Shown: positions 17,206-29,828, counted from the first letter of the stretch. The stretch is 57,175 nt of DNA from a bacterium (GCA_020057885.1 JAGVEX010000020.1:1-57175), one strand, 5' to 3'. Notes: generated by a model from the sequence alone, not told the origin. Translations and numbers: made by a program.

Positions 17206-18228
17206 TTAAAATTGTTTTAAAAATCTTAAATCGCCGCCGAGCAATAACCGAATATCATCAATTTTATATCTCATCATTACCAAACGTGAAAGCCCCAAAC
17301 CAAAGGCAAAGCCAGAATATTCTTTAGGATCAACTCCACCTGCCTCCAGCACTTTTGGATGCACTAATCCGCATGGCAAAAGTTCCACCCAACCGCGCTG
17401 TTTACAAACACTGCACCCAGTTCCGCCGCAAATAAAACATTTAATATCCAGTTCAAAACCAGGTTCTACAAATGGAAAATAGCCAGGCCGCAAGCGCACC
17501 TCAACCTCGCGATAAAAAATTCCCTGCAAAAGCTCTTTCATTGTGGCTATAAGATGGGAAACGGAAATATCTTTATCGACTACCAAACCCTCCATTTGCC
17601 AAAAAGTATGCTCATGCGAAGCATCGGTTGCTTCATAACGAAAAACCCGGCCCGGCACCACCGCGCGCAAGGGCACACCATATTGCTGTAAAGCGCGTAC
17701 CTGCATTGGTGAAGTATGAGTGCGTAATAGTAAACGATTATCTGACGCGCCGCCTTTTACATAAAAAGTATCCTGGCTCTCGCGCGCCGGATGCCAGCTG
17801 GGAATATTTAAAGCTTCAAAATTATAAAATTCACTTTCTACTTCCGGACCATCGAGCACCTTAAAACCCATAGAACGAAACAAATCCTCTAACTCGCGCT
17901 GAACTTGCAACACGGGGTGTATATTCCCTCGCTCTGGTTTAATGCCAGGCAAAGTAACATCAAAATTAGCAGAAGACACAGTGGCTGACTTAAAACTTTT
18001 TGTAATTTCGTGAAAAGCTTTTTCAATATCAATTTTTACCTCATTTAATAACGCACCAATTTTAGGACGCTCTGCTTGAGCGAGTTCCTTAAATTTTTTC
18101 ATCATCTCGGCTAATTCGCCTTTGCGACCAAGATATTTTATCTTAATTTTTTCCAAATCAGCTTGCTCGGTAAGAGTTTTTAACTCCTCCTTGGCACGCT
18201 CACGAAGATGTTCAAGCTCTTTTTGCAC
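17206..18228 (-). CDS. pheS: Phenylalanine--tRNA ligase alpha subunit
   Basis: 340 aa with class II motifs (HPARESQDTFY, LRTHTSPMQVR, FRYEATDASHEHTFWQMEGL, GFAFGLGLSRLVMM). Confidence 0.96.
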   Translation of the reverse strand: MQKELEHLRERAKEELKTLTEQADLEKIKIKYLGRKGELAEMMKKFKELAQAERPKIGALLNEVKIDIEKAFHEITKSFKSATVSSANFDVTLPGIKPERGNIHPVLQVQRELEDLFRSMGFKVLDGPEVESEFYNFEALNIPSWHPARESQDTFYVKGGASDNRLLLRTHTSPMQVRALQQYGVPLRAVVPGRVFRYEATDASHEHTFWQMEGLVVDKDISVSHLIATMKELLQGIFYREVEVRLRPGYFPFVEPGFELDIKCFICGGTGCSVCKQRGWVELLPCGLVHPKVLEAGGVDPKEYSGFAFGLGLSRLVMMRYKIDDIRLLLGGDLRFLKQF

Positions 18229-18232
18229 AAAA

Positions 18233-18622
18233 TTAAATGCGCGGCGGCAAACGCCGTGCTGTTAATAAAAAGAATTCCAAAAGAGTAAGTCCTACTATTA
18301 ATAATCCCAAATTCCACCAGGTTAAAAGTTTGTTGACTTCTAAAAACAAAGCCCCTACTACCATAATGGCCAAAAATACTCCCTGGCGAAACGAAATTGA
18401 AACATGACGAAATAAAACTTCTTCACGGTGACGCCAATATCTCCAAGCAAAGCCCAAAAGGGTCAAAGTGCCTGTAACACTCAAAAAAATTGATAAATAA
18501 AAAAACAAAAAACCCGTCATACCAGCAACTTTCGGGTCTAAATAATTCAATGCGGCGATAAAAGCTCCCCAGGCCATCAATGTGCCTAAACCCATCCAAA
18601 TTAAATACTGCCGTAATGTCAT
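18233..18622 (-). CDS. Membrane protein (4 TM)
   Basis: 129-aa hydrophobic ORF, 4 nt upstream of pheS. Confidence 0.65.
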   Translation of the reverse strand: MTLRQYLIWMGLGTLMAWGAFIAALNYLDPKVAGMTGFLFFYLSIFLSVTGTLTLLGFAWRYWRHREEVLFRHVSISFRQGVFLAIMVVGALFLEVNKLLTWWNLGLLIVGLTLLEFFLLTARRLPPRI

Positions 18623-18649
18623 ATTTGAGGCTAAAAATAGGGAAAAATT

Positions 18650-18667
18650 AGAGGTTTATTTACCTCT
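18650..18667 (-). terminator. Hairpin plus U-tract after 18741..19031
   Basis: agaggt-N6-acctct, followed on the minus strand by AATTTTTCCCTATTTTT. Confidence 0.45.
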
Positions 18668-18740
18668 TAATTTTAGCATATTTTAGTCTTTTCTACAATA
18701 CCTGAATATAGCAAAAAAATGGCTAATTTAAGCCCTAAAA

Positions 18741-19031
18741 TTAACCAAAAATCCTCAAACGATAATGTCTACCATTAAAGTGGTCTTTTAAGGCGTCCTC
18801 AAGCTCAAATTCAGCCATTCTGAGCTCACTGGCCAGGGCTTGCGAGGTTAACAGCACTTCCAAGGTGTCGCCCCTTAAAACCAGCTTACGGTAAGCATCG
18901 CGAGTGGAGGGCCCAAAACGTTTGGCAACCTCGTCTTTAAACACTTCAGTAACCTGCGCCGCCTCCACGGCATCGGATATCCCTTGTTGATGAAGACGAT
19001 CAAATAGTACGTTTTTTAAAGTTTGAAACAT
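18741..19031 (-). CDS. DUF721 (DciA-like) family protein
   Basis: 96 aa. Size and pattern (...LVLRGDTLEVLLTSQALASELRMAEFEL...) resemble DUF721. This rests on recognition only. Confidence 0.55.
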   Translation of the reverse strand: MFQTLKNVLFDRLHQQGISDAVEAAQVTEVFKDEVAKRFGPSTRDAYRKLVLRGDTLEVLLTSQALASELRMAEFELEDALKDHFNGRHYRLRIFG

Positions 19032-19033
19032 AG

Positions 19034-19573
19034 TTATATTTTTTCTAGATTATAAACCCACCCCGGCTGCCACTTCCATGGCGCGATAACTGCCTCTTTA
19101 AGCGGCACGCCTTTAATCCAAAGCTCTAAACCATACTGCGTAGCACGATGGCCAATAATCATAACTTTTTTATCGTCATAATTTTTAAGTAAATCTTGGA
19201 GGAAGTTTTTTATTTCTTGCGCTTTTTGTTCATAGCTATCACCGTTGGGAAAAGGTTTATCTACGTACTCTAGTCTTAAAGCTTTCACTTCCTTATATGA
19301 ACGTCTTGTAAAATCACCATAATTAGATTCTTTTAAACGCGGGTCTTTTATAATTTTAAAATTTCTGTCAGCAAAAGCAATTTCTGCAGTCTTATATGAA
19401 CGCTGTAAATTAGAACAAAATATCGCATCATAATAATCTGACTTATATCGTTCTCCCAATTCCCTTGCCTGCTGCTCACCTAGAGGTGAAAGTGCTACGT
19501 CATAAATTCCTGACGACAAATCAGATTCATTATCAAAAGTGGTGCCGTGCGATTCAAAAATTATTGTAACCAT
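19034..19573 (-). CDS. Histidine phosphatase (phosphoglycerate-mutase-like) family protein
   Basis: 179 aa. N-terminal ESHGTT replaces the usual RHGET-type motif. A second GHRATQ motif is present. Confidence 0.75.
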   Translation of the reverse strand: MVTIIFESHGTTFDNESDLSSGIYDVALSPLGEQQARELGERYKSDYYDAIFCSNLQRSYKTAEIAFADRNFKIIKDPRLKESNYGDFTRRSYKEVKALRLEYVDKPFPNGDSYEQKAQEIKNFLQDLLKNYDDKKVMIIGHRATQYGLELWIKGVPLKEAVIAPWKWQPGWVYNLEKI

Positions 19574-19574
19574 A

Positions 19575-22565
19575 TTATCCTAAATGTTGATATTTACAAC
19601 CTTCATGGTCCTTGTGTATAGCGATAAAAGAATTTTGTTTAACTGCTTCAATAATCTTTTTAATCTCATTTGTATACTCTTCTTTAAGAGAATCAATTTG
19701 CTCTTTAGTGGCTATAAAAGTTTCCGAAAATTTATTTGGCTCTAAATACCAATATCGTTCGTCCAATACTTTTTCGCGCAAAAATTCTTCTGCTGCAATT
19801 TGGTAAATAATAAGCTGATCTTTGTCCACCTTTTCTAAACCACTCTTCGGCTCGCCACCAGTTTTATAATCATAAATTACTACCCCGCCCTGAGCCTGAT
19901 CAATGCGGTCAATTTTACCAGTAAATTTATATGGCCCCATAGCTATTTTAAACATTTGCTCTAAAAATTTCGGCTTGGGCGGCGAGGCTAAAAACTCTTC
20001 ATAAAAATTTTTAAGCTGTTTGGGCGCGCGCACTGTGCGATATTCCTGTTTTTGCGGCTTGTCCAAATACCAATCATCTAACCAAGAAGATTCAAAAATC
20101 GCTTTTAATTCATGCTCGGTTGGAACCGAAACTTTACCACTTGCTTTGGTGTCGCCAAATAAACCACCTTGCACCACGCCTTGCCGTGATTGCCATAATT
20201 TTAAAAACTGCTCAAAAGTTCTGTGCATTGTTATACCAAAACTCAAAGCCGCTGCTCCCGGAGTTGGCAAACGCAATAGGTAGCGGTATTTATACTCCAA
20301 AGGACATTTACGAAAAGCAGAAACCGAACTAAAAGAAAAATTTTCTGGTATTGGATACGTCGCCTTGCCCTTGGTAATAATCTCTGGCAAACTCGGTTTA
20401 ATTTTAGTCGGTGCCGCTTTAAATTCTTCCTCGCTCACAAAGCCAAGTTCATATAAGAAACGCGAGGGTTTGCGCGTAGTTTTGCCAAAATAATCCTCAG
20501 CGCGGGTTAGATAAATACCGTCGCGCGCGCGAGTTAGACCCACATAAAACAAACGCCGCTCTTCTTGTAAATGCACATCGCCTTCGGGTAAAACTTCTTT
20601 TATTAATTCGCGCGGCAATTCAATTGGTTCACGCCGTTCAGTGGAAGGAAATCGCCTATCCACCAGCTGTACCACAAAAACATATTTCCACTCCAAACCT
20701 TTGGCCGAATGCACGGTAATAACTTTTACTGTATCGGGACCTTCTTCAAAATTTTGCGGCAGTTGGCCTTCTTCGCCAGATTCAAGCTCCAGCTCCAAAT
20801 ACTTCAAAAAATTATTTAAATTGTGAATCGGAGTATCTACTTCAAAACGCTTTAAACGGTCATAAAAACTTGTTAAATAAGAAGCTTCGCGCACCAATGC
20901 CGGATGAGCCACTCTTTCGTTAATTCCTAAATCCTCCACCACGCGCACATAAACCTCACTCGCGGGCCGCTCCCGCGCTATGGCAGTATGTTTTTCCAAC
21001 AATTCCAATAAATTACTGGCTACTCTTATTCCGTTCTCGCCAAGTGAAATAGTACGTGCCATTTTAAGCGCTTCATAAAGTGAAATTGTTTTCCGGTTAG
21101 CAAAATAAATAAGTTTAGCTACATCCTCCGCCGGCATCTGGAATGGTTCCATATTTAAAACGCGGTACAAAGCTTCGGCCTCGTGATAATTATCTAAAAG
21201 TTTAAGGTAACTAATAATGTCCAAAATAATAGACTCATTATAAAGTCCACGGTTGGCCACATAATCAAATGGCAACTGACGCGCTTTTAAGGCCTGCAAA
21301 AAAATCTGCGCGGATGAATTAGCGCGTACTAAAATGGCAAAATCGCTCCAGCTGGCGCCATCTTTTGCTTGCAGTTCCACAATTTTATTAATCACTCCTT
21401 CGGCTTCGGCTTGCGCTGTTTTATACGGATAATAACCAACATCGCCTTTACCTTTCCGTTCCGCTACTAATTTTTTCGACAAACTTTTACCCTTGGTAGC
21501 CAGCCTTACCTCTAAACGATAAGGATTATTAAGCTGAATAAATTCGTAAGCTGTGTCTAAAATATTTTGATAACTGCGATAACTGGTCGTGAGAAAAATT
21601 TCACGGGCCTGAGGATAATCTTGTTTAAATTCTAAAATGTTGGAAATGGAGGCACCGCGGAATTTATAAATTGACTGATCGTCGTCGCCTACTACCGTAA
21701 CATTGTTGCCTGGCGCTGCTAATAATTTAATAAGCTCATACTGAGCATAATTGGTATCTTGAAACTCATCCACTAAAATACATTTAAACTGTTTACGTAA
21801 ATACTCTAATACTTGTGGTCGCTCACGCAAAAGTTTTAAGGGATAATTAATAAGATCACCAAAATCCAAAGCACCATCATCTAGTAATAATTGTTGGTAA
21901 ACACTATAAGCCCGCGCTACTTCACCAAGACGTAAACTTTCTGACTCCTCAACATCGGCCAAATTATCGTTTTTAACTTTGATTTTATTTTTTCTTTTTC
22001 CTTTTTTTAAATATTCACCAGCTCCAGTATTCAATTTTTTATCCTCAGCAAATTTTAAATAATTATCAGGATATACTTCTTCGTCTTTAGCGCGGGAAAA
22101 ATGTTGAACCAAAGCATGAATAAAACGAGTAGGATTACCGAGTGGACGATAATAATCCAAATTAAATTTATCCAAATTATTACGCACCAACATCCATTGT
22201 TCAGTGGCAGTAAGCACACGAAAATTATTTGGCAAACCAATTTCCAAAGCCCAATCTTTTAAAATACGCTCACCAAAAGCATGAAAAGTTGAAATTGGAA
22301 TATTTACATAACCGGTCGGCAAAAGTTTGTCCACCCGCTCCTCCATTTCTAAAGCGGCTTTATCGGTAAAAGTAAGGGCTAAAATCTCCTCTGGTTTAGC
22401 CAAACCCTGTTCAATAAGCCAAGCAATACGGCGCGTAATAACAGTGGTTTTGCCAGTACCTGCGCCGGCCACTATTAAAAGAGGCCCCTCACCATGGGTT
22501 ACGGCCTGTTTTTGCTCAGGATTAAGATCAGCTAATAAATCAGGATTGTTTTTAACTTTCGGCAT
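19575..22565 (-). CDS. UvrD/PcrA-type SF1 helicase fused to a C-terminal PD-(D/E)XK (RecB-like) nuclease domain
   Basis: 996 aa. Walker A AGAGTGKT, DEFQDTN, VGDDDQSIYKFRGA, and TVHSAKGLEW...VGLTRAR. The C-terminal GKIDRID...IYDYKTG...QLIIYQ is a nuclease motif. Confidence 0.92.
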   Translation of the reverse strand: MPKVKNNPDLLADLNPEQKQAVTHGEGPLLIVAGAGTGKTTVITRRIAWLIEQGLAKPEEILALTFTDKAALEMEERVDKLLPTGYVNIPISTFHAFGERILKDWALEIGLPNNFRVLTATEQWMLVRNNLDKFNLDYYRPLGNPTRFIHALVQHFSRAKDEEVYPDNYLKFAEDKKLNTGAGEYLKKGKRKNKIKVKNDNLADVEESESLRLGEVARAYSVYQQLLLDDGALDFGDLINYPLKLLRERPQVLEYLRKQFKCILVDEFQDTNYAQYELIKLLAAPGNNVTVVGDDDQSIYKFRGASISNILEFKQDYPQAREIFLTTSYRSYQNILDTAYEFIQLNNPYRLEVRLATKGKSLSKKLVAERKGKGDVGYYPYKTAQAEAEGVINKIVELQAKDGASWSDFAILVRANSSAQIFLQALKARQLPFDYVANRGLYNESIILDIISYLKLLDNYHEAEALYRVLNMEPFQMPAEDVAKLIYFANRKTISLYEALKMARTISLGENGIRVASNLLELLEKHTAIARERPASEVYVRVVEDLGINERVAHPALVREASYLTSFYDRLKRFEVDTPIHNLNNFLKYLELELESGEEGQLPQNFEEGPDTVKVITVHSAKGLEWKYVFVVQLVDRRFPSTERREPIELPRELIKEVLPEGDVHLQEERRLFYVGLTRARDGIYLTRAEDYFGKTTRKPSRFLYELGFVSEEEFKAAPTKIKPSLPEIITKGKATYPIPENFSFSSVSAFRKCPLEYKYRYLLRLPTPGAAALSFGITMHRTFEQFLKLWQSRQGVVQGGLFGDTKASGKVSVPTEHELKAIFESSWLDDWYLDKPQKQEYRTVRAPKQLKNFYEEFLASPPKPKFLEQMFKIAMGPYKFTGKIDRIDQAQGGVVIYDYKTGGEPKSGLEKVDKDQLIIYQIAAEEFLREKVLDERYWYLEPNKFSETFIATKEQIDSLKEEYTNEIKKIIEAVKQNSFIAIHKDHEGCKYQHLG

Positions 22566-22600
22566 AACCTAATTTTAGCATGTACCGAATTATAAACAAA

Positions 22601-22622
22601 AAACCCGCTGTTAAACGGGTTT
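22601..22622 (-). terminator. Intrinsic terminator of the atp operon
   Basis: aaacccg-N8-cgggttt, with TTTTTTG following on the minus strand. It begins 9 nt after the atpC stop. Confidence 0.7.
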
Positions 22623-22630
22623 TATTATTT

Positions 22631-23077
22631 TTATTCAACTGCTTTGGGGCCTAAATTTTTCCGTTCACGATGTTTGCGCACAACCTTCAAACGAGCTAAT
22701 TCTCTCTCCAATTTAGCAGCTAAACCAGTGTAATCAGTAGTTTCAGTCTTCTTCTCCTGCATTAACTGTCGCGCTTTCTCGCGCGCCTCTTCCGCACGAT
22801 GCTCATCAATTTCTTCTGCTCTCTCAGCAGTATCTGCCAGTACTACTACTTTGCCAGGACGCACCTCAATAAACCCGCCCGAAACTGCCATGCTTACTTC
22901 CTGCCCACCAACTTTAACGCGTATTTCACCAGCCACCAAAGAAGACACCAATGGAATATGATCAGGCAAAATAGTAATCTCACCCATTTGAGTGGGTAAG
23001 ATAATCTCTTCAACTGCCGGCGCTTCAAACACTACGCGTTCCGGAGTGGCAATTTGGAATTCAAGAGTTTTAGGCAT
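22631..23077 (-). CDS. atpC: F1 ATP synthase epsilon subunit
   Basis: 148 aa with a typical N-terminal beta-sandwich (LEFQIATPERVVFEAPAVEEIILPT). Last gene of the operon. Confidence 0.9.
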   Translation of the reverse strand: MPKTLEFQIATPERVVFEAPAVEEIILPTQMGEITILPDHIPLVSSLVAGEIRVKVGGQEVSMAVSGGFIEVRPGKVVVLADTAERAEEIDEHRAEEAREKARQLMQEKKTETTDYTGLAAKLERELARLKVVRKHRERKNLGPKAVE

Positions 23078-23086
23078 AAATATTAT

Positions 23087-23159
23087 GAATTATGAATCAA
23101 GAATTATGAATTTTAATGCTTTTATTATATTCACTATTCAGTATTCTTGATTCGGTATT

Positions 23160-23160
<1 letters not shown>
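23087..23160. repeat. AT-rich imperfect inverted repeat between atpD and atpC
   Basis: gaattatgaatcaagaattatgaat pairs with attcagtattcttgattcggtattc (about 20 of 25 positions). The architecture matches the other intergenic palindromes. Confidence 0.6.
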
Positions 23161-25501
<2,341 letters not shown>

Positions 25502-25518
25502 GAATTAAATTAAAAATT

Positions 25519-25581
25519 TAAAAATCAAAAATTAAAATTATTTATAATTACAATCATTTTTCATTTTGATTTTTGCATTTT
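25519..25581. repeat. AT-rich palindromic repeat, atp family copy 1 (between atpG and atpA)
   Basis: taaaaatcaaaaattaaaattatttataattacaatcatttttcattttgatttttgcatttt. By hand alignment, 59 of 63 positions are identical to 28175-28237. The arms aaaatcaaaa / ttttgatttt are complementary. Confidence 0.75.
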
Positions 25582-27076
25582 ACATTTTCTTTACATCGGC
25601 AATCACTTTTTTCAATCCCTCTTCAATTTCTGGCGTTAGCTCTTTCTTTTCTTGCAACTCTTTTAACACTGGCTGTGATTTTAAATAATCATGAAAGCGT
25701 TTTTCCCAATTACGAATTTCTTCAACCGGCACTTCATCTAGGTGCCCGTTAACCACGGCGTACAAAATAGCAACCTGATTAAACACTGACATTGGTTCAT
25801 ACTGACCCTGTTTTAATATTTCAGTAATTCTCTTGCCTCGTTCAATTTGCTTTTTAGTAGCTTCATCCAAATCCGAACCAAACTGAGCAAACGCAGCTAA
25901 CTCGCGGAACTGCGCTAAATCAAGTCTTAATTTACCTGCTACTTTTTTCATAGCTTTAAGCTGAGCGGCCGAACCAACGCGTGAAACTGACAAACCAATA
26001 TTCAAAGCTGGGCGAATACCCTGGAAAAACAAATCACTTTCCAAATAAATTTGCCCATCGGTAATAGAAATAACATTGGTGGGAATATAAGCCGACACGT
26101 CACCTGATTGAGTTTCAATAATAGGAAGTGCGGTAAGCGAACCACCACCGTTATCTTTATTTAGTTTAGCCGAACGCTCCAAAAGCCTGGAGTGCAAATA
26201 AAAAATATCTCCCGGATAAGCTTCTCGTCCTGGTGGGCGTCGCAGTAAGAGGGAAATTTGCCTGTATGCCACGGCGTGCTTGGAAAGATCATCGTAAATC
26301 ACTAAAACATCTTTGCCTTGGTCCATAAAATACTCACCCATCGCGCATCCAGAGTAAGGCGCCAAAAAAGAGAGTGAGGCCGGATGTGAGGCGCCAGCTA
26401 CTACCACAGTGGTATATTCCATAGCGCCGTGTTCTTCTAATTTAGCCACAATTTTTGCTATCTTAGATTCTTTTTGCGCCACCGCTACATAAATACAAAT
26501 TACATTCTGGCCTTTTTGATTAATAATAGCGTCAATCGCTAGAGCAGTTTTACCTGTTTGCCTATCACCAATAATAAGTTCACGCTGCCCACGACCAATG
26601 GGAATCATTGAGTCAATTGCCTTAATACCAGTTTGCAGTGGAGTAGTTACAGATTGACGTGTAATAACGCGCGGTGCGATTTTTTCCACTGGATAATAAG
26701 TGGTAGCCTTAATTTCACCCTTGCCGTCAACTGGCTCACCCAAAGGATTAACCACGCGACCAATAATACCAGGGCCTACTGGCACCGAAAGAATTTTACC
26801 GGTTGATTTTACAGTATCACCTTCTTTAATCTCTAAATAATCACCCAAAATCATAGCACCCACTTGATTTTCCTCAAGATTTAGGGCTACACCTTTAATA
26901 CCATGGGTAAATTCCAACATTTCCGAAGACACACATTCGGCTAAACCGGAAATTTTGGCAATACCATCGCCTATCTCCACTACTGTACCAACTTTAGTCT
27001 CGGTAACTTTGGCCTCAAAACCCTTAAGCTCTGCTTCGAGTGTTTTTAATAATGCATCTTTGGTTGAATCTGACAT
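25580..27076 (-). CDS. atpA: F1 ATP synthase alpha subunit
   Basis: 498 aa. GDRQTGKT P-loop plus the [11 protein letters not shown] and PGREAYPGD motifs. Confidence 0.97.
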   Translation of the reverse strand: MSDSTKDALLKTLEAELKGFEAKVTETKVGTVVEIGDGIAKISGLAECVSSEMLEFTHGIKGVALNLEENQVGAMILGDYLEIKEGDTVKSTGKILSVPVGPGIIGRVVNPLGEPVDGKGEIKATTYYPVEKIAPRVITRQSVTTPLQTGIKAIDSMIPIGRGQRELIIGDRQTGKTALAIDAIINQKGQNVICIYVAVAQKESKIAKIVAKLEEHGAMEYTTVVVAGASHPASLSFLAPYSGCAMGEYFMDQGKDVLVIYDDLSKHAVAYRQISLLLRRPPGREAYPGDIFYLHSRLLERSAKLNKDNGGGSLTALPIIETQSGDVSAYIPTNVISITDGQIYLESDLFFQGIRPALNIGLSVSRVGSAAQLKAMKKVAGKLRLDLAQFRELAAFAQFGSDLDEATKKQIERGKRITEILKQGQYEPMSVFNQVAILYAVVNGHLDEVPVEEIRNWEKRFHDYLKSQPVLKELQEKKELTPEIEEGLKKVIADVKKM

Positions 27077-27125
27077 AAATATGAAATTAAATCTTCAATT
27101 TAAAATTAAAAGTCAAAAATTAAAA

Positions 27126-27545
27126 TTAATTATTTTCAGAATTTGCTCCGCCAGCAAGTTTTTGGTAAAGCGCATCCAAACGGCCCTTTAATGAAGCATC
27201 ATATCGCCTATCATTCATAGTTATAATTATACCCGACAATAAATGAGGTTTAATTGTTTCCTTAAGTTCAATATCTTTATTTAAACTAGATTTTAATTGG
27301 CGTTTAATATGTGCCCTTACAGTGTCGCTTAGTGGTTTGGCAGTAGTCACATCCACTATCACTTTACCTTCTTGTTCGTGCTGCAATCTTTCTACTTCGG
27401 CTAAAATTCGACGCTTCCAAGACAAATGCCTATGCTTCCACACTACCTGCCAAAATTTATTAGCCAGTTCAGGCAATTTAGCTGCTGTAGTTTGGTGCGC
27501 AGCAGATAAATAAGCGTTAGCGTAAGTGGTGGGTGAAAATTTCAT
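27126..27545 (-). CDS. atpH: F1 ATP synthase delta subunit (short form)
   Basis: 139 aa. Assigned from its position between atpF and atpA and an OSCP-like C-terminus (GIIITMNDRRYDASLKGRL). Confidence 0.8.
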   Translation of the reverse strand: MKFSPTTYANAYLSAAHQTTAAKLPELANKFWQVVWKHRHLSWKRRILAEVERLQHEQEGKVIVDVTTAKPLSDTVRAHIKRQLKSSLNKDIELKETIKPHLLSGIIITMNDRRYDASLKGRLDALYQKLAGGANSENN

Positions 27546-27550
27546 AATAA

Positions 27551-28054
27551 TTAATTACGTTTAGCAACCTCTTGCACTGCTTCTTCTACTAATTTTTTAT
27601 CAATCTCACTGGCTGACAATTTACCAACTACTTTAGTAACAGCTTGTACCACCAACTTGGCGGCCTCACGGCGCATTTCCCGCATTGCTTCAACTTGCTC
27701 AGCCTCAAACTTGCTTCGGGCTTCTGAAATTACGCGTTCAGCTTCGGCGCGTACACGAATCAAAGTTTCTTGACGCTGTTTTTCGGCCTGCACTTCGGCC
27801 TCTTTCAAAATAGCCTGCGCTCCTCGTTTAGCCTCGATTAAAACTTCTTCTCTTTTAACTTCAATGGCTTTAAGCTCTGTTTCAATCCTTTGCGCTTCTT
27901 GTAAACTATGCTCAATGCGTTGGCGTCGTTGTTCTAAAAACTTAAGCAATGGTTTGTATAAAAATTTATACAGCACCGCCAGTACAATTAAAAAATTTAC
28001 TGCTTGCGCTATAAGTAACCGCCAATCAATACCAAGTTTAGTTAATAATTCCAT
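27551..28054 (-). CDS. atpF: Fo ATP synthase subunit b
   Basis: 167 aa with an N-terminal TM segment and a long charged coiled coil. Confidence 0.88.
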   Translation of the reverse strand: MELLTKLGIDWRLLIAQAVNFLIVLAVLYKFLYKPLLKFLEQRRQRIEHSLQEAQRIETELKAIEVKREEVLIEAKRGAQAILKEAEVQAEKQRQETLIRVRAEAERVISEARSKFEAEQVEAMREMRREAAKLVVQAVTKVVGKLSASEIDKKLVEEAVQEVAKRN

Positions 28055-28071
28055 AATTTAAAATTAAAATT

Positions 28072-28174
28072 CCCGCCTGCCTAAGCCTGCGCTCAGATAA
28101 GCGTTGATGGATAAATAATTAGATTTAATGATAAATAACATATGATTGATTAAATAAGGCAGATGGCGGGCAGG
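28072..28174. repeat. Long GC-closed hairpin (CCCGCCTGCCT ... AGGCAgatGGCGGGCAGG) inside the atpE-atpF gap
   Basis: The arms at 28072-28082 and 28157-28174 are complementary apart from a 3-nt bulge and enclose about 75 nt. The CCTGCC/GGCAGG stem sequence matches the hairpins at 1821-1840 and 3008-3051. Confidence 0.6.
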
Positions 28175-28237
28175 TAAAAATCAAAAATTAAAATTATTTA
28201 TAACTACAATTATTTTTCATTTTGATATTTACATTTT
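28175..28237. repeat. AT-rich palindromic repeat, atp family copy 2 (between atpE and atpF)
   Basis: 59 of 63 positions identical to 25519-25581. A partial left arm (gtcaaaaattaaaatta) also occurs in the atpA-atpH gap (27077-27125). Confidence 0.75.
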
Positions 28238-28258
28238 TCATTAACAATCAGCACTTCA

Positions 28259-28286
28259 GGCTTACCATCGTAATTGATAGTAAGCC
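28259..28286 (-). promoter_or_regulatory. Hairpin directly 3' of atpE (possible mRNA stabiliser or attenuator)
   Basis: ggcttac-N14-gtaagcc. Its nearer arm ends 15 nt downstream of the atpE stop. Confidence 0.4.
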
Positions 28287-28301
28287 AGGAAGTAACGACT
28301 A

Positions 28302-28571
28302 TTATACAAACTTAATAATGAGTGCCATTACTAAGGCATAAATGGCAATAGCTTCACAAAAAGCTGTTGCCAAAATCATGGCTGTTTGCACTTTAGCTGC
28401 GGCCTCTGGATTACGACCAATGGCGGTCATAGCAGAAGAGGCTAACTTGCCGATAGCCAAGGCTGGCACCATACCACCAATAGCAATGGTAGCACCTGAG
28501 GCAATTCCCTTTATAACATCTGGGCTAAAAGCGGAAACGGCCACATTAATTGTTTCTAATTCTGCTGCCAT
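28302..28571 (-). CDS. atpE: Fo ATP synthase subunit c
   Basis: 89 aa. Two-TM hairpin with the loop GRNPEA and a conserved carboxylate (FCEAIAIYAL). Confidence 0.93.
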   Translation of the reverse strand: MAAELETINVAVSAFSPDVIKGIASGATIAIGGMVPALAIGKLASSAMTAIGRNPEAAAKVQTAMILATAFCEAIAIYALVMALIIKFV

Positions 28572-28700
28572 ATTTTTACCTTTCTTGCAAGATTGTTTGC
28601 TACGGCTAATAATTTTTTATTTTAAGCCGTCAAACAAACTTACGGTTAATTAGTGATTAGTAAATGGATTTGTATTTAAAACCCATTTATCAAGCGCCAA

Positions 28701-29474
28701 TTAATGTTCAGCGTGCTCCTCAGTGCCAATAGTAAGAAAAACTAATGTCAAAAGCGAAAAAACCAAAGCCTGCACCATCCCTACAAAAATTTCTAAAAAC
28801 AAAAAAGGAATCGGCGCTAAGTACGGCACTAATGCAGAAATAACAATCAACAACACTTCACCGGCAAAAACATTGCCAAATAATCGAAAGGAAAAAGAGA
28901 CAACTCTGGCTACTTCACCTATTAATTCAAGAAAACCCACAAAAAACATAATGACGTTCTGAAAACTGAAATGTTTTATTAAACCACGAAAATTAATATA
29001 TTTACTAGCGTGTTTAATAAAACCAAGGGCTATAATTCCAAAAAACTGTGTGCCAAGCACCGAAATAAGCGCGATTGCCAAAGTGGTATTAAGATCAGCC
29101 GAGGCAGAACGGAAAAATGGAACTAAGATACTTGCGCCAGCGTGCTCTTCCCACAAACCAATTGAGCCAACTCCTGGTAATAAACCAAACCAGTTAGAAA
29201 GTAAAACAAAAAAGAAAATAGTGGCGACTAATGGAAAAAATCGTTTAGCTTTTTCCTTATTACCAGTCACGCCTTCAACAAATTGAATGCCACCCTCCAT
29301 TATAGTCTCCAATAAATTTTGGAAACCTCCTGGCACATCAGCTAAAACTCGGCGGCGAAATGCTAGTGATACAGTCACAAAACCAAACATTAATATTACA
29401 GCTACTATAAATGAGTTCGTAACAGGAAACGATCCGAGATGTAAAATTGGTTCAGCTGCCAAAGAAATGTTCAT
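28701..29474 (-). CDS. atpB: Fo ATP synthase subunit a
   Basis: 257 aa polytopic protein with the conserved SFSFRLFGNVFAGE motif. Confidence 0.93.
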   Translation of the reverse strand: MNISLAAEPILHLGSFPVTNSFIVAVILMFGFVTVSLAFRRRVLADVPGGFQNLLETIMEGGIQFVEGVTGNKEKAKRFFPLVATIFFFVLLSNWFGLLPGVGSIGLWEEHAGASILVPFFRSASADLNTTLAIALISVLGTQFFGIIALGFIKHASKYINFRGLIKHFSFQNVIMFFVGFLELIGEVARVVSFSFRLFGNVFAGEVLLIVISALVPYLAPIPFLFLEIFVGMVQALVFSLLTLVFLTIGTEEHAEH

Positions 29475-29496
29475 AACACACTAATAAATTTACAAA

Positions 29497-29790
29497 TTAT
29501 TTGGAAGTGGAATTAATGCGTTCTTTATTCTCTTTTTGAATTTTATCTTCTGCCAAAGCCGCGTTCATAATAGATTGCGTTTTTTTTACAACCAAAATAC
29601 TGGAAATTGCAATTGAAAGTATCACGCCTGTTAAAAAAAGCCACGGACCAGTATTAAGCCATTTATCCGCGAATCTGCCCAAAAGCGCTAAACCTACCAA
29701 AGGAACTGCGATAGTATAACCAAGCTCCCAAGCCAAACCTAGTGCTTGCCAAAGGGCAGAGTGAGTTGATTTATCAAGTGGTTTTAACAT
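29497..29790 (-). CDS. AtpZ/AtpI-like small membrane protein
   Basis: 97 aa with two TM segments. First gene of the atp operon. Confidence 0.6.
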   Translation of the reverse strand: MLKPLDKSTHSALWQALGLAWELGYTIAVPLVGLALLGRFADKWLNTGPWLFLTGVILSIAISSILVVKKTQSIMNAALAEDKIQKENKERINSTSK

Positions 29791-29828
29791 GGAGGGAAAT
29801 TAAGTAATAATATAAACTTCGATGGTTT

